A DNA stretch of 64,000 nt. It comes from Auanema rhodensis. Its lineage: Eukaryota > Animalia > Nematoda. Under the pieces are notes generated by a model that saw only the letters and a list, made by a program, of their open reading frames with translations, was not told where the DNA came from and ran no database searches. The position numbers and the translations under genes are program-made. The number at the start of each line of letters is the position of its first letter. Positions within the stretch are counted from its first letter, which is position 1. Where the stretch lies: assembly GCA_964057225.1 (NCBI GenBank), contig OZ059897.1:19096001-19160000 (forward strand), written 5' to 3'. Positions 1 through 12,636 of the stretch are shown piece by piece.

Positions 1-36
1 GAGTTTCCATGTACACTCAACATTGCTTCCAAAAAC

Positions 37-71
37 ATTTTGACAAAAATTTTTTCGAAAAATTTCAAAAT
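37..71. repeat. Imperfect palindrome centred on CpG 56/57 (in essentially every monomer)
   Basis: ATTTTGA (37-43) is the reverse complement of TCAAAAT (65-71), and the perfect core TTTTTCGAAAAA occupies 51-62. Confidence 0.85.
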
Positions 72-173
72 AATTTAGCAAAAAGTAGATGTTTTAAGAT
101 TCCATTTTTCAAGGCAAAGACGATGGACAATGTTATTCAACGAAAAAATTATTTCTTCAGGGTGAAAATCGAG

Positions 174-195
174 GATATAAGTGTGAACTTATATC
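174..195. repeat. Perfect 9-bp inverted repeat with 4-nt loop GTGA (in most monomers)
   Basis: GATATAAGT (174-182) - GTGA - ACTTATATC (187-195). Confidence 0.92.
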
Positions 196-205
196 AGTTG
201 ATATC

Positions 206-272
206 TCGGTGCATTTTTAAGCTAGCGCAAATCTGATAACACAGATCGACGCAGCTTAAAAATCCGCATCGA
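206..272. repeat. 67-nt imperfect inverted repeat / hairpin (in essentially every monomer)
   Basis: TCGGTGC/GCATCGA (one G-T pair), ATTTTTAAGCT (213-223)/AGCTTAAAAAT (253-263) perfect 11 bp, GCG/CGC, ATCTG/CAGAT, loop ATAACA. Confidence 0.92.
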
Positions 273-346
273 ATGCACTATACTACATTGAAAAACGCTT
301 GATACAAAAATTAGTTATGATCGTTTGAAAAATGATGCATTAGTGT

Positions 347-374
347 ATGTTGAGTTTCCATGTACACTCAACAT
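347..374. repeat. Perfect 9-bp inverted repeat with 10-nt spacer, across the arbitrary monomer junction
   Basis: ATGTTGAGT (347-355) - TTCCATGTAC - ACTCAACAT (366-374). Confidence 0.9.
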
Positions 375-3300
375 TGCTTCCAAAAACATTTTGACAAAAA
401 TTTTTTCGAAAAATTTCAAAATAATTTAGCAAAAAGTAGATGTTTTTAGATTCCATTTCTCAAGGCAAAGACGATAGACAATGTTATTCAACGAAAAAAT
501 TAATTCTTCAGGGTGAAAATCGAGGATATAAGTGTGAACTTATATCAGTTGATATCTCGGTGCATTTTTAAGCTAGCGCAAATCTGATAACACAGATCGA
601 CGCAGCTTAAAAATCCGCATCGAATGCACTATACTACATTGAAAAACGCTTGATACAAAAATTAGTTATGATCGTTTGAAAAATGATGCATTAGTGTATG
701 TTGAGTTTCCATGTACACTCAACATTGCTTCCAAAAACATTTTGACAAAAATTTTTTCGAAAAATTTCAAAATAATTTAGCAAAAAGTAGATGTTTTTAG
801 ATTCCTTTTTTCAAGGCAAAGACGATGGACAATGTTATTCAACGAAAAAATTATTTCTTCAGGGTGAAAATCGAGGATATAAGTGTGAACTTATATCAGT
901 TGATATCTCGGTGCATTTTTAAGCTAGCGCAAATCTGATAACACAGATCGACGCAGCTTAAAAATCCGCATCGAATGCACTATACTACATTGAAAAACGC
1001 TTGATACAAAAATTAGTTATGATCGTTTGAAAAATGATGCATTAGTGTATGTTGAGTTTCCATGTACACTCAACATTGCTTCCAAAAACATTTTGACAAA
1101 AATTTTTTCGAAAAATTTCAAAATAATTTAGCAAAAAGTAGATGTTTTAAGATTCCATTTTTCAAGGCAAAGACGATGGACAATGTTATTCAACGAAAAA
1201 ATTATTTCTTCAGGGTGAAAATCGAGGATATAAGTGTGAACTTATATCAGTTGATATCTCGGTGCATTTTTAAGCTAGCGCAAATCTGATAACACAGATC
1301 GACGCAGCTTAAAAATCCGCATCGAATGCACTATACTACATTGAAAAACGCTTGATACAAAAATTAGTTATGATCGTTTGAAAAATGATGCATTAGTGTA
1401 TGTTGAGTTTCCATGTACACTCAACATTGCTTCCAAAAACATTTTGACAAAAATTTTTTCGAAAAATTTCAAAATAATTTAGCAAAAAGTAGATGTTTTA
1501 AGATTCCATTTTTCAAGGCAAAGACGATGGACAATGTTATTCAACGAAAAAATTATTTCTTCAGGGTGAAAATCGAGGATATAAGTGTGAACTTATATCA
1601 GTTGATATCTCGGTGCATTTTTAAGCTAGCGCAAATCTGATAACACAGATCGACGCAGCTTAAAAATCCGCATCGAATGCACTATACTACATTGAAAAAC
1701 GCTTGATACAAAAATTAGTTATGATCGTTTGAAAAATGATGCATTAGTGTATGTTGAGTTTCCATGTACACTCAACATTGCTTCCAAAAACATTTTGACA
1801 AAAATTTTTTCGAAAAATTTCAAAATAATTTAGCAAAAAGTAGATGTTTTAAGATTCCATTTTTCAAGGCAAAGACGATGGACAATGTTATTCAACGAAA
1901 AAATTATTTCTTCAGGGTGAAAATCGAGGATATAAGTGTGAACTTATATCAGTTGATATCTCGGTGCATTTTTAAGCTAGCGCAAATCTGATAACACAGA
2001 TCGACGCAGCTTAAAAATCCGGATCGAATGCACTATACTACATTGAAAAACGCTTGATACAAAAATTAGTTATGATCGTTTGAAAAATGATGCATTAGTG
2101 TATGTTGAGTTTCCATGTACACTCAACATTGCTTCCAAAAACATTTTGACAAAAATTTTTTCGAAAAATTTCAAAATAATTTAGCAAAAAGTAGATGTTT
2201 TAAGATTCCATTTTTCAAGGCAAAGACGATGGACAATGTTATTCAACGAAAAAATTATTTCTTCAGGGTGAAAATCGAGGATATAAGTGTGAACTTATAT
2301 CAGTTGATATCTCGGTGCATTTTTAAGCTAGCGCAAATCTGATAACACAGATCGACGCAGCTTAAAAATCCGCATCGAATGCACTATACTACATTGAAAA
2401 ACGCTTGATACAAAAATTAGTTATGATCGTTTGAAAAATGATGCATTAGTGTATGTTGAGTTTCCATGTACACTCAACATTGCTTCCAAAAACATTTTGA
2501 CAAAAATTTTTTCGAAAAATTTCGAAATAATTTAGCAAAAAGTAGATGTTTTTAGATTCCATTTCTCAAGGCAAAGACGATAGACAATGTTATTCAACGA
2601 AAAAATTAATTCTTCAGGGTGAAAATCGAGGATATAAGTGTGAACTTATATCAGTTGATATCTCGGTGCATTTTTAAGCTAGCGCAAATCTGATAACACA
2701 GATCGACGCAGCTTGAAAATCCGCATCGAATGCACTATACTACATTGAGAAACGCTTAATACAAAAATTAGTTATGATCGTTTGAAAAATGATGCATTAG
2801 TGTATGTTGAGTTTCCATGTACACTCAACATTGCTTCCAAAAACATTTTGACAAAAATTTTTTCGAAAAATTTCAAAATAATTTAGCGAAAAGTAGATGT
2901 TTTTAGATTCCATTTTTCAAGGCAAAGACGATGGACAATGTTATTCAACGAAAAAATTAATTCTTCAGGGTGAAAATCGAGGATATAAGTGTGAACTTAT
3001 ATCAGTTGATATCTCGGTGCATTTTTAAGCTAGCGCAAATCTGATAACACAGATCGACGCAGCTTAAAAATCCGCATCGAATGCACTATACTACATTGAG
3101 AAACACTTGATACAAAAATTAGTTATGATCGTTTGAAAAATGATGCATTAGTGTATGTTGAGTTTCCATCTACACTCAACATTGCTTCCAAAAACATTTT
3201 GACAAAAATTTTTTCGAAAAATTTCAAAAGAATTTAGCAAAAAGTAGATGTTTTTAGATTCCATTTTTCAAGGCAAAGACGATAGACAATGTTATTCAAC

Positions 3301-3510
3301 GAAAAAATTAATTCTTTAGGGTGAAAATCGAGGATATAAGTGTGAACTTATATCAGTTGATATCTCGGTGCATTTTTAAGCTAGCGCAAATCTGATAACA
3401 CAGATCGACGCAGCTTAAAAATCCGCATCGAATGCACTATACTACATTGAGAAACACTTGATACAAAAATTAGTTATGATCGTTTGAAAAATGATGCATT
3501 AGTGTATGTT

Positions 3511-5616
3511 GAGTTTCCATGTACACTCAACATTGCTTCCAAAAACATTTTGACAAAAATTTTTTCGAAAAATTTCAAAATAATTTAGCAAAAAGTAGAT
3601 GTTTTTAGATTCCTTTTTTCAAGGCAAAGACGATGGACAATGTTATTCAACGAAAAAATTATTTCTTCAGGGTGAAAATCGAGGATATAAGTGTGAACTT
3701 ATATCAGTTGATATCTCGGTGCATTTTTAAGCTAGCGCAAATCTGATAACACAGATCGACGCAGCTTAAAAATCCGCATCGAATGCACTATACTACATTG
3801 AAAAACGCTTGATACAAAAATTAGTTATGATCGTTTGAAAAATGATGCATTAGTGTATGTTGAGTTTCCATGTACACTCAACATTGCTTCCAAAAACATT
3901 TTGACAAAAATTTTTTCGAAAAATTTCAAAATAATTTAGCAAAAAGTAGATGTTTTAAGATTCCATTTTTCAAGGCAAAGACGATGGACAATGTTATTCA
4001 ACGAAAAAATTATTTCTTCAGGGTGAAAATCGAGGATATAAGTGTGAACTTATATCAGTTGATATCTCGGTGCATTTTTAAGCTAGCGCAAATCTGATAA
4101 CACAGATCGACGCAGCTTAAAAATCCGCATCGAATGCACTATACTACATTGAAAAACGCTTGATACAAAAATTAGTTATGATCGTTTGAAAAATGATGCA
4201 TTAGTGTATGTTGAGTTTCCATGTACACTCAACATTGCTTCCAAAAACATTTTGACAAAAATTTTTTCGAAAAATTTCGAAATAATTTAGCAAAAAGTAG
4301 ATGTTTTTAGATTCCATTTCTCAAGGCAAAGACGATAGACAATGTTATTCAACGAAAAAATTAATTCTTCAGGGTGAAAATCGAGGATATAAGTGTGAAC
4401 TTATATCAGTTGATATCTCGGGGCATTTTTAAGCTAGCGCAAATCTGATAACACAGATCGACGCAGCTTAAAAATCCGCATCGAATGCACTATACTACAT
4501 TGAGAAACACTTGATACAAAAATTAGTTATGATCGTTTGAAAAATGATGCATTAGTGTATGTTGAGTTTCCATGTACACTCAACATTGCTTCCAAAAACA
4601 TTTTGACAAAAATTTTTTCGAAAAATTTCAAAATAATTTAGCAAAAAGTAGATGTTTTTAGATTCCTTTTTTCAAGGCAAAGACGATGGACAATGTTATT
4701 CAACGAAAAAATTATTTCTTCAGGGTGAAAATCGAGGATATAAGTGTGAACTTATATCAGTTGATATCTCGGTGCATTTTTAAGCTAGCGCAAATCTGAT
4801 AACACAGATCGACGCAGCTTAAAAATCCGCATCGAATGCACTATACTACATTGAAAAACGCTTGATACAAAAATTAGTTATGATCGTTTGAAAAATGATG
4901 CATTAGTGTATGTTGAGTTTCCATGTACACTCAACATTGCTTCCAAAAACATTTTGACAAAAATTTTTTCGAAAAATTTCAAAATAATTTAGCAAAAAGT
5001 AGATGTTTTAAGATTCCATTTTTCAAGGCAAAGACGATGGACAATGTTATTCAACGAAAAAATTATTTCTTCAGGGTGAAAATCGAGGATATAAGTGTGA
5101 ACTTATATCAGTTGATATCTCGGTGCATTTTTAAGCTAGCGCAAATCTGATAACACAGATCGACGCAGCTTAAAAATCCGCATCGAATGCACTATACTAC
5201 ATTGAAAAACGCTTGATACAAAAATTAGTTATGATCGTTTGAAAAATGATGCATTAGTGTATGTTGAGTTTCCATGTACACTCAACATTGCTTCCAAAAA
5301 CATTTTGACAAAAATTTTTTCGAAAAATTTCGAAATAATTTAGCAAAAAGTAGATGTTTTTAGATTCCATTTCTCAAGGCAAAGACGATAGACAATGTTA
5401 TTCAACGAAAAAATTAATTCTTCAGGGTGAAAATCGAGGATATAAGTGTGAACTTATATCAGTTGATATCTCGGGGCATTTTTAAGCTAGCGCAAATCTG
5501 ATAACACAGATCGACGCAGCTTAAAAATCCGCATCGAATGCACTATACTACATTGAGAAACGCTTAATACAAAAATTAGTTATGATCGTTTGAAAAATGA
5601 TGCATTAGTGTATGTT
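3511..5616. repeat. Local 3-mer higher-order repeat x2 (1053 bp)
   Basis: The order CCT-type, A96-type, TCGAAAT+CTCGGGGC-type repeats. ORFs at 3870 and 4923 are 1053 bp apart. Confidence 0.8.
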
Positions 5617-8600
5617 GAGTTTCCATGTACACTCAACATTGCTTCCAAAAACATTTTGACAAAAATTTTTTCGAAAAATTTCAAAATAATTTAGCAAAAA
5701 GTAGATGTTTTTAGATTCCTTTTTTCAAGGCAAAAACGATGGACAATGTTATTCAACGAAAAAATTATTTCTTCAGGGTGAAAATCGAGGATATAAGTGT
5801 GAACTTATATCAGTTGATATCTCGGTACATTTTTAAGCTAGCGCAAATCTGATAACACAGATCGACGCAGCTTAAAAATCCGGATCGAATGCACTATACT
5901 ACATTAAGAAACACTTGATACAAAAATTAGTTATGATCGTTTGAAAAATGATGCATTAGTGTATGTTGAGTTTCCATGTACACTCAACATTGCTTCCAAA
6001 AACATTTTGACAAAAATTTTTTCGAAAAATTTCAAAATAATTTAGCAAAAAGTAGATGTTTTTAGATTCCTTTTTTCAAGGCAAAAACGATGGACAATGT
6101 TATTCAACGAAAAAATTATTTCTTCAGGGTGAAAATCGAGGATATAAGTGTGAACTTATATCAGTTGATATCTCGGTGCATTTTTAAGCTAGCGCAAATC
6201 TGATAACACAGATCGACGCAGCTTAAAAATCCGGATCGAATGCACTATACTACATTAAGAAACACTTGATACAAAAATTAGTTATGATCGTTTGAAAAAT
6301 GATGCATTAGTGTATGTTGAGTTTCCATGTACACTCAACATTGCTTCCAAAAACATTTTGACAAAAATTTTTTCGAAAAATTTCAAAATAATTTAGCAAA
6401 AAGTAGATGTTTTAAGATTCCATTTTTCAAGGCAAAGACGATGGACAATGTTATTCAACGAAAAAATTAATTCTTCAGGGTGAAAATCGAGGATATAAGT
6501 GTGAACTTATATCAGTTGATATCTCGGTGCATTTTTAAGCTAGCGCAAATCTGATAACACAGATCGACGCAGCTTAAAAATCCGCATCGAATGCACTATA
6601 CTACATTGAGAAACGCTTAATACAAAAATTAGTTATGATCGTTTGAAAAATGATGCATTAGTGTATGTTGAGTTTCCATGTACACTCAACATTGCTTCCA
6701 AAAACATTTTGACAAAAATTTTTTCGAAAAATTTCAAAATAATTTAGCAAAAAGTAGATGTTTTTAGATTCCATTTTTCAAGGCAAAGACGATAGACAAT
6801 GTTATTCAACGAAAAAATTAATTCTTCAGGGTGAAAATCGAGGATATAAGTGTGAACTTATATCAGTTGATATCTCGGTGCATTTTTAAGCTAGCGCAAA
6901 TCTGATAACACAGATCGACGCAGCTTAAAAATCCGCATCGAATGCACTATACTACATTGAGAAACGCTTAATACAAAAATTAGTTATGATCGTTTGAAAA
7001 ATGATGCATTAGTGTATGTTGAGTTTCCATGTACACTCAACATTGCTTCCAAAAACATTTTGACAAAAATTTTTTCGAAAAATTTCAAAATAATTTAGCA
7101 AAAAGTAGATGTTTTAAGATTCCATTTTTCAAGGCAAAGACGATGGACAATGTTATTCAACGAAAAAATTAATTCTTCAGGGTGAAAATCGAGGATATAA
7201 GTGTGAACTTATATCAGTTGATATCTCGGTGCATTTTTAAGCTAGCGCAAATCTGATAACACAGATCGACGCAGCTTAAAAATCCGCATCGAATGCACTA
7301 TACTACATTGAGAAACGCTTAATAGAAAAATTAGTTATGATCGTTTGAAAAATGATGCATTAGTGTATGTTGAGTTTCCATGTACACTCAACATTGCTTC
7401 CAAAAACATTTTGACAAAAATTTTTTCGAAAAATTTCAAAATAATTTAGCAAAAAGTAGATGTTTTAAGATTCCATTTTTCAAGGCAAAGACGATGGACA
7501 ATGTTATTCAACGAAAAAATTAATTCTTCAGGGTGAAAATCGAGGATATAAGTGTGAACTTATATCAGTTGATATCTCGGTGCATTTTTAAGCTAGCGCA
7601 AATCTGATAACACAGATCGACGCAGCTTAAAAATCCGCATCGAATGCACTATACTACATTGAGAAACGCTTAATAGAAAAATTAGTTATGATCGTTTGAA
7701 AAATGATGCATTAGTGTATGTTGAGTTTCCATGTACACTCAACATTGCTTCCAAAAACATTTTGACAAAAATTTTTTCGAAAAATTTCAAAATAATTTAG
7801 CAAAAAGTAGATGTTTTAAGATTCCATTTTTCAAGGCAAAGACGATGGACAATGTTATTCAACGAAAAAATTATTTCTTCAGGGTGAAAATCGAGGATAT
7901 AAGTGTGAACTTATATCAGTTGATATCTCGGTGCATTTTTAAGCTAGCGCAAATCTGATAACACAGATCGACGCAGCTTAAAAATCCGCATCGAATGCAC
8001 TATACTACATTGAAAAACGCTTGATACAAAAATTAGTTATGATCGTTTGAAAAATGATGCATTAGTGTATGTTGAGTTTCCATGTACACTCAACATTGCT
8101 TCCAAAAACATTTTGACAAAAATGTTTTCGAAAAATTTCAAAATAATTTAGCAAAAAGTAGATGTTTTTAGATTCCTTTTTTCAAGGCAAAAACGATGGA
8201 CAATGTTATTCAACGAAAAAATTATTTCTTCAGGGTGAAAATCGAGGATATAAGTGTGAACTTATATCAGTTGATATCTCGGTGCATTTTTAAGCTAGCG
8301 CAAATCTGATAACACAGATCGACGCAGCTTAAAAATCCGGATCGAATGCACTATACTACATTAAGAAACACTTGATACAAAAATTAGTTATGATCGTTTG
8401 AAAAATGATGCATTAGTGTATGTTGAGTTTCCATGTACACTCAACATTGCTTCCAAAAACATTTTGACAAAAATTTTTTCGAAAAATTTCAAAATAATTT
8501 AGCAAAAAGTAGATGTTTTAAGATTCCATTTTTCAAGGCAAAGACGATGGACAATGTTATTCAACGAAAAAATTAATTCTTCAGGGTGAAAATCGAGGAT

Positions 8601-11600
8601 ATAAGTGTGAACTTATATCAGTTGATATCTCGGTGCATTTTTAAGCTAGCGCAAATCTGATAACACAGATCGACGCAGCTTAAAAATCCGCATCGAATGC
8701 ACTATACTACATTGAGAAACGCTTAATAGAAAAATTAGTTATGATCGTTTGAAAAATGATGCATTAGTGTATGTTGAGTTTCCATGTACACTCAACATTG
8801 CTTCCAAAAACATTTTGACAAAAATTTTTTCGAAAAATTTCAAAATAATTTAGCAAAAAGTAGATGTTTTAAGATTCCATTTTTCAAGGCAAAGACGATG
8901 GACAATGTTATTCAACGAAAAAATTATTTCTTCAGGGTGAAAATCGAGGATATAAGTGTGAACTTATATCAGTTGATATCTCGGTGCATTTTTAAGCTAG
9001 CGCAAATCTGATAACACAGATCGACGCAGCTTAAAAATCCGCATCGAATGCACTATACTACATTGAAAAACGCTTGATACAAAAATTAGTTATGATCGTT
9101 TGAAAAATGATGCATTAGTGTATGTTGAGTTTCCATGTACACTCAACATTGCTTCCAAAAACATTTTGACAAAAATTTTTTCGAAAAATTTCAAAATAAT
9201 TTAGCAAAAAGTAGATGTTTTTAGATTCCTTTTTTCAAGGCAAAAACGATGGACAATGTTATTCAACGAAAAAATTATTTCTTCAGGGTGAAAATCGAGG
9301 ATATAAGTGTGAACTTATATCAGTTGATATCTCGGTGCATTTTTAAGCTAGCGCAAATCTGATAACACAGATCGACGCAGCTTAAAAATCCGCATCGAAT
9401 GCACTATACTACATTGAGAAACGCTTAATACAAAAATTAGTTATGATCGTTTGAAAAATGATGCATTAGTGTATGTTGAGTTTCCATGTACACTCAACAT
9501 TGCTTCCAAAAACATTTTGACAAAAATTTTTTCGAAAAATTTCAAAATAATTTAGCAAAAAGTAGATGTTTTTAGATTCCATTTTTCAAGGCAAAGACGA
9601 TAGACAATGTTATTCAACGAAAAAATTAATTCTTCAGGGTGAAAATCGAGGATATAAGTGTGAACTTATATCAGTTGATATCTCGGTGCATTTTTAAGCT
9701 AGCGCAAATCTGATAACACAGATCGACGCAGCTTAAAAATCCGCATCGAATGCACTATACTACATTGAGAAACGCTTAATACAAAAATTAGTTATGATCG
9801 TTTGAAAAATGATGCATTAGTGTATGTTGAGTTTCCATGTACACTCAACATTGCTTCCAAAAACATTTTGACAAAAATTTTTTCGAAAAATTTCAAAATA
9901 ATTTAGCAAAAAGTAGATGTTTTAAGATTCCATTTTTCAAGGCAAAGACGATGGACAATGTTATTCAACGAAAAAATTAATTCTTCAGGGTGAAAATCGA
10001 GGATATAAGTGTGAACTTATATCAGTTGATATCTCGGTGCATTTTTAAGCTAGCGCAAATCTGATAACACAGATCGACGCAGCTTAAAAATCCGCATCGA
10101 ATGCACTATACTACATTGAGAAACGCTTAATAGAAAAATTAGTTATGATCGTTTGAAAAATGATGCATTAGTGTATGTTGAGTTTCCATGTACACTCAAC
10201 ATTGCTTCCAAAAACATTTTGACAAAAATTTTTTCGAAAAATTTCAAAATAATTTAGCAAAAAGTAGATGTTTTAAGATTCCATTTTTCAAGGCAAAGAC
10301 GATGGACAATGTTATTCAACGAAAAAATTATTTCTTCAGGGTGAAAATCGAGGATATAAGTGTGAACTTATATCAGTTGATATCTCGGTGCATTTTTAAG
10401 CTAGCGCAAATCTGATAACACAGATCGACGCAGCTTAAAAATCCGCATCGAATGCACTATACTACATTGAAAAACGCTTGATACAAAAATTAGTTATGAT
10501 CGTTTGAAAAATGATGCATTAGTGTATGTTGAGTTTCCATGTACACTCAACATTGCTTCCAAAAACATTTTGACAAAAATTTTTTCGAAAAATTTCAAAA
10601 TAATTTAGCAAAAAGTAGATGTTTTTAGATTCCTTTTTTCAAGGCAAAAACGATGGACAATGTTATTCAACGAAAAAATTATTTCTTCAGGGTGAAAATC
10701 GAGGATATAAGTGTGAACTTATATCAGTTGATATCTCGGTGCATTTTTAAGCTAGCGCAAATCTGATAACACAGATCGACGCAGCTTAAAAATCCGGATC
10801 GAATGCACTATACTACATTAAGAAACACTTGATACAAAAATTAGTTATGATCGTTTGAAAAATGATGCATTAGTGTATGTTGAGTTTCCATGTACACTCA
10901 ACATTGCTTCCAAAAACATTTTGACAAAAATTTTTTCGAAAAATTTCAAAATAATTTAGCAAAAAGTAGATGTTTTAAGATTCCATTTTTCAAGGCAAAG
11001 ACGATGGACAATGTTATTCAACGAAAAAATTATTCCTTCAGGGTGAAAATCGAGGATATAAGTGTGAACTTATATCAGTTGATATCTCGGTGCATTTTTA
11101 AGCTAGCGCAAATCTGATAACACAGATCGACGCAGCTTAAAAATCCGCATCGAATGCACTATACTACATTGAGAAACGCTTAATACAAAAATTAGTTATG
11201 ATCGTTTGAAAAATGATGCATTAGTGTATGTTGAGTTTCCATGTACACTCAACATTGCTTCCAAAAACATTTTGACAAAAATTTTTTCGAAAAATTTCAA
11301 AATAATTTAGCAAAAAGTAGATGTTTTTAGATTCCATTTTTCAAGGCAAAGACGATAGACAATGTTATTCAACGAAAAAATTAATTCTTCAGGGTGAAAA
11401 TCGAGGATATAAGTGTGAACTTATATCAGTTGATATCTCGGTGCATTTTTAAGCTAGCGCAAATCTGATAACACAGATCGACGCAGCTTAATAATCCGCA
11501 TCGAATGCACTATACTACATTGAGAAACGCTTAATACAAAAATTAGTTATGATCGTTTGAGAAATGATGCATTAGTGTATGTTGAGTTTCCATGTACACT

Positions 11601-12636
11601 CAACATTGCTTCCAAAAACATTTTGACAAAAATTTTTTCGAAAAATTTCAAAATAATTTAGCAAAAAGTAGATGTTTTAAGATTCCATTTTTCAAGGCAA
11701 AGACGATGGACAATGTTATTCAACGAAAAAATTAATTCTTCAGGGTGAAAATCGAGGATATAAGTGTGAACTTATATCAGTTGATATCTCGGTGCATTTT
11801 TAAGCTAGCGCAAATCTGATAACACAGATCGACGCAGCTTAAAAATCCGCATCGAATGCACTATACTACATTGAGAAACGCTTAATACAAAAATTAGTTA
11901 TGATCGTTTGAAAAATGATGCATTAGTGTATGTTGAGTTTCCATGTACACTCAACATTGCTTCCAAAAACATTTTGACAAAAATTTTTTCGAAAAATTTC
12001 AAAATAATTTAGCAAAAAGTAGATGTTTTTAGATTCCATTTTTCAAGGCAAAGACGATGGACAATGTTATTCAACGAAAAAATTAATTCTTCAGGGTGAA
12101 AATCGAGGATATAAGTGTGAACTTATATCAGTTGATATCTCGGTGCATTTTTAAGCTAGCGCAAATCTGATAACACAGATCGACGCAGCTTAAAAATCCG
12201 CATCGAATGCACTATACTACATTGAGAAACGCTTAATACAAAAATTAGTTATGATCGTTTGAAAAATGATGCATTAGTGTATGTTGAGTTTCCATGTACA
12301 CTCAACATTGCTTCCAAAAACATTTTGACAAAAATTTTTTCGAAAAATTTCAAAATAATTCAGCAAAAAGTAGATGTTTTAAGATTCCATTTTTAAAGGC
12401 AAAGACGATGGACAATGTTATTCAACGAAAAAATTAATTCTTCAGGGTGAAAATCGAGGATATAAGTGTGAACTTATATCAGTTGATATCTCGGTGCATT
12501 TTTAAGCTAGCGCAAATCTGATAACACAGATCGACGCAGCTTAAAAATCCGCATCGAATGCACTATACTACATTGAGAAACGCTTAATAGAAAAATTAGT
12601 TATGATCGTTTGAAAAATGATGCATTAGTGTATGTT

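Larger units (their letters stand above)
1..351. repeat. Representative 351-bp monomer (arbitrary phase), ~31% GC, rich in A/T tracts
   Basis: Counted G=57 and C=53 in 351 nt. A/T runs at about 31-35, 45-55, 58-62, 67-70, 80-84, 105-109, 143-148, 214-218, 258-262, 306-310 and 328-332. Confidence 0.97.

Noticed and set aside
53-69. CENP-B box
   Set aside because: TTCGAAAAA matches only the first half of the motif; the required CGGG is absent.
174-225. Helitron 3' end (hairpin followed by CTAG)
   Set aside because: The hairpin is AT-rich and about 26 nt upstream of the CTAG, which itself overlaps another stem; there is no other Helitron evidence.
9-236. Repeated 75-aa ORF (MYTQHCFQKHF...)
   Set aside because: It is open only when two common SNPs (A96, T152) coincide, and most monomers have in-frame stops. 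The F/K-rich composition mirrors the A/T tracts and there is no recognisable domain. It is a repeat artefact.
100-260. Hammerhead ribozyme, as known from some newt, cricket and schistosome satellites
   Set aside because: CTGAAGA occurs on the minus strand (154-160) and CTGATAA, rarely CTGATGA, on the plus strand (233-239), but I could not form helices I-III with a properly placed GAAA and UH cleavage site.
174-272. Rho-independent terminators or bacterial regulatory hairpins
   Set aside because: There is no gene context, the stems are AT-rich without a following U-tract, and the array architecture is eukaryotic.
1-351. Assignment to a named ~350-360 bp satellite, or to a 5S rRNA, tRNA or snRNA tandem gene unit
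   Set aside because: Only the length is similar. I recognise no sequence identity and no RNA gene or Pol III box motifs; a database search is needed.
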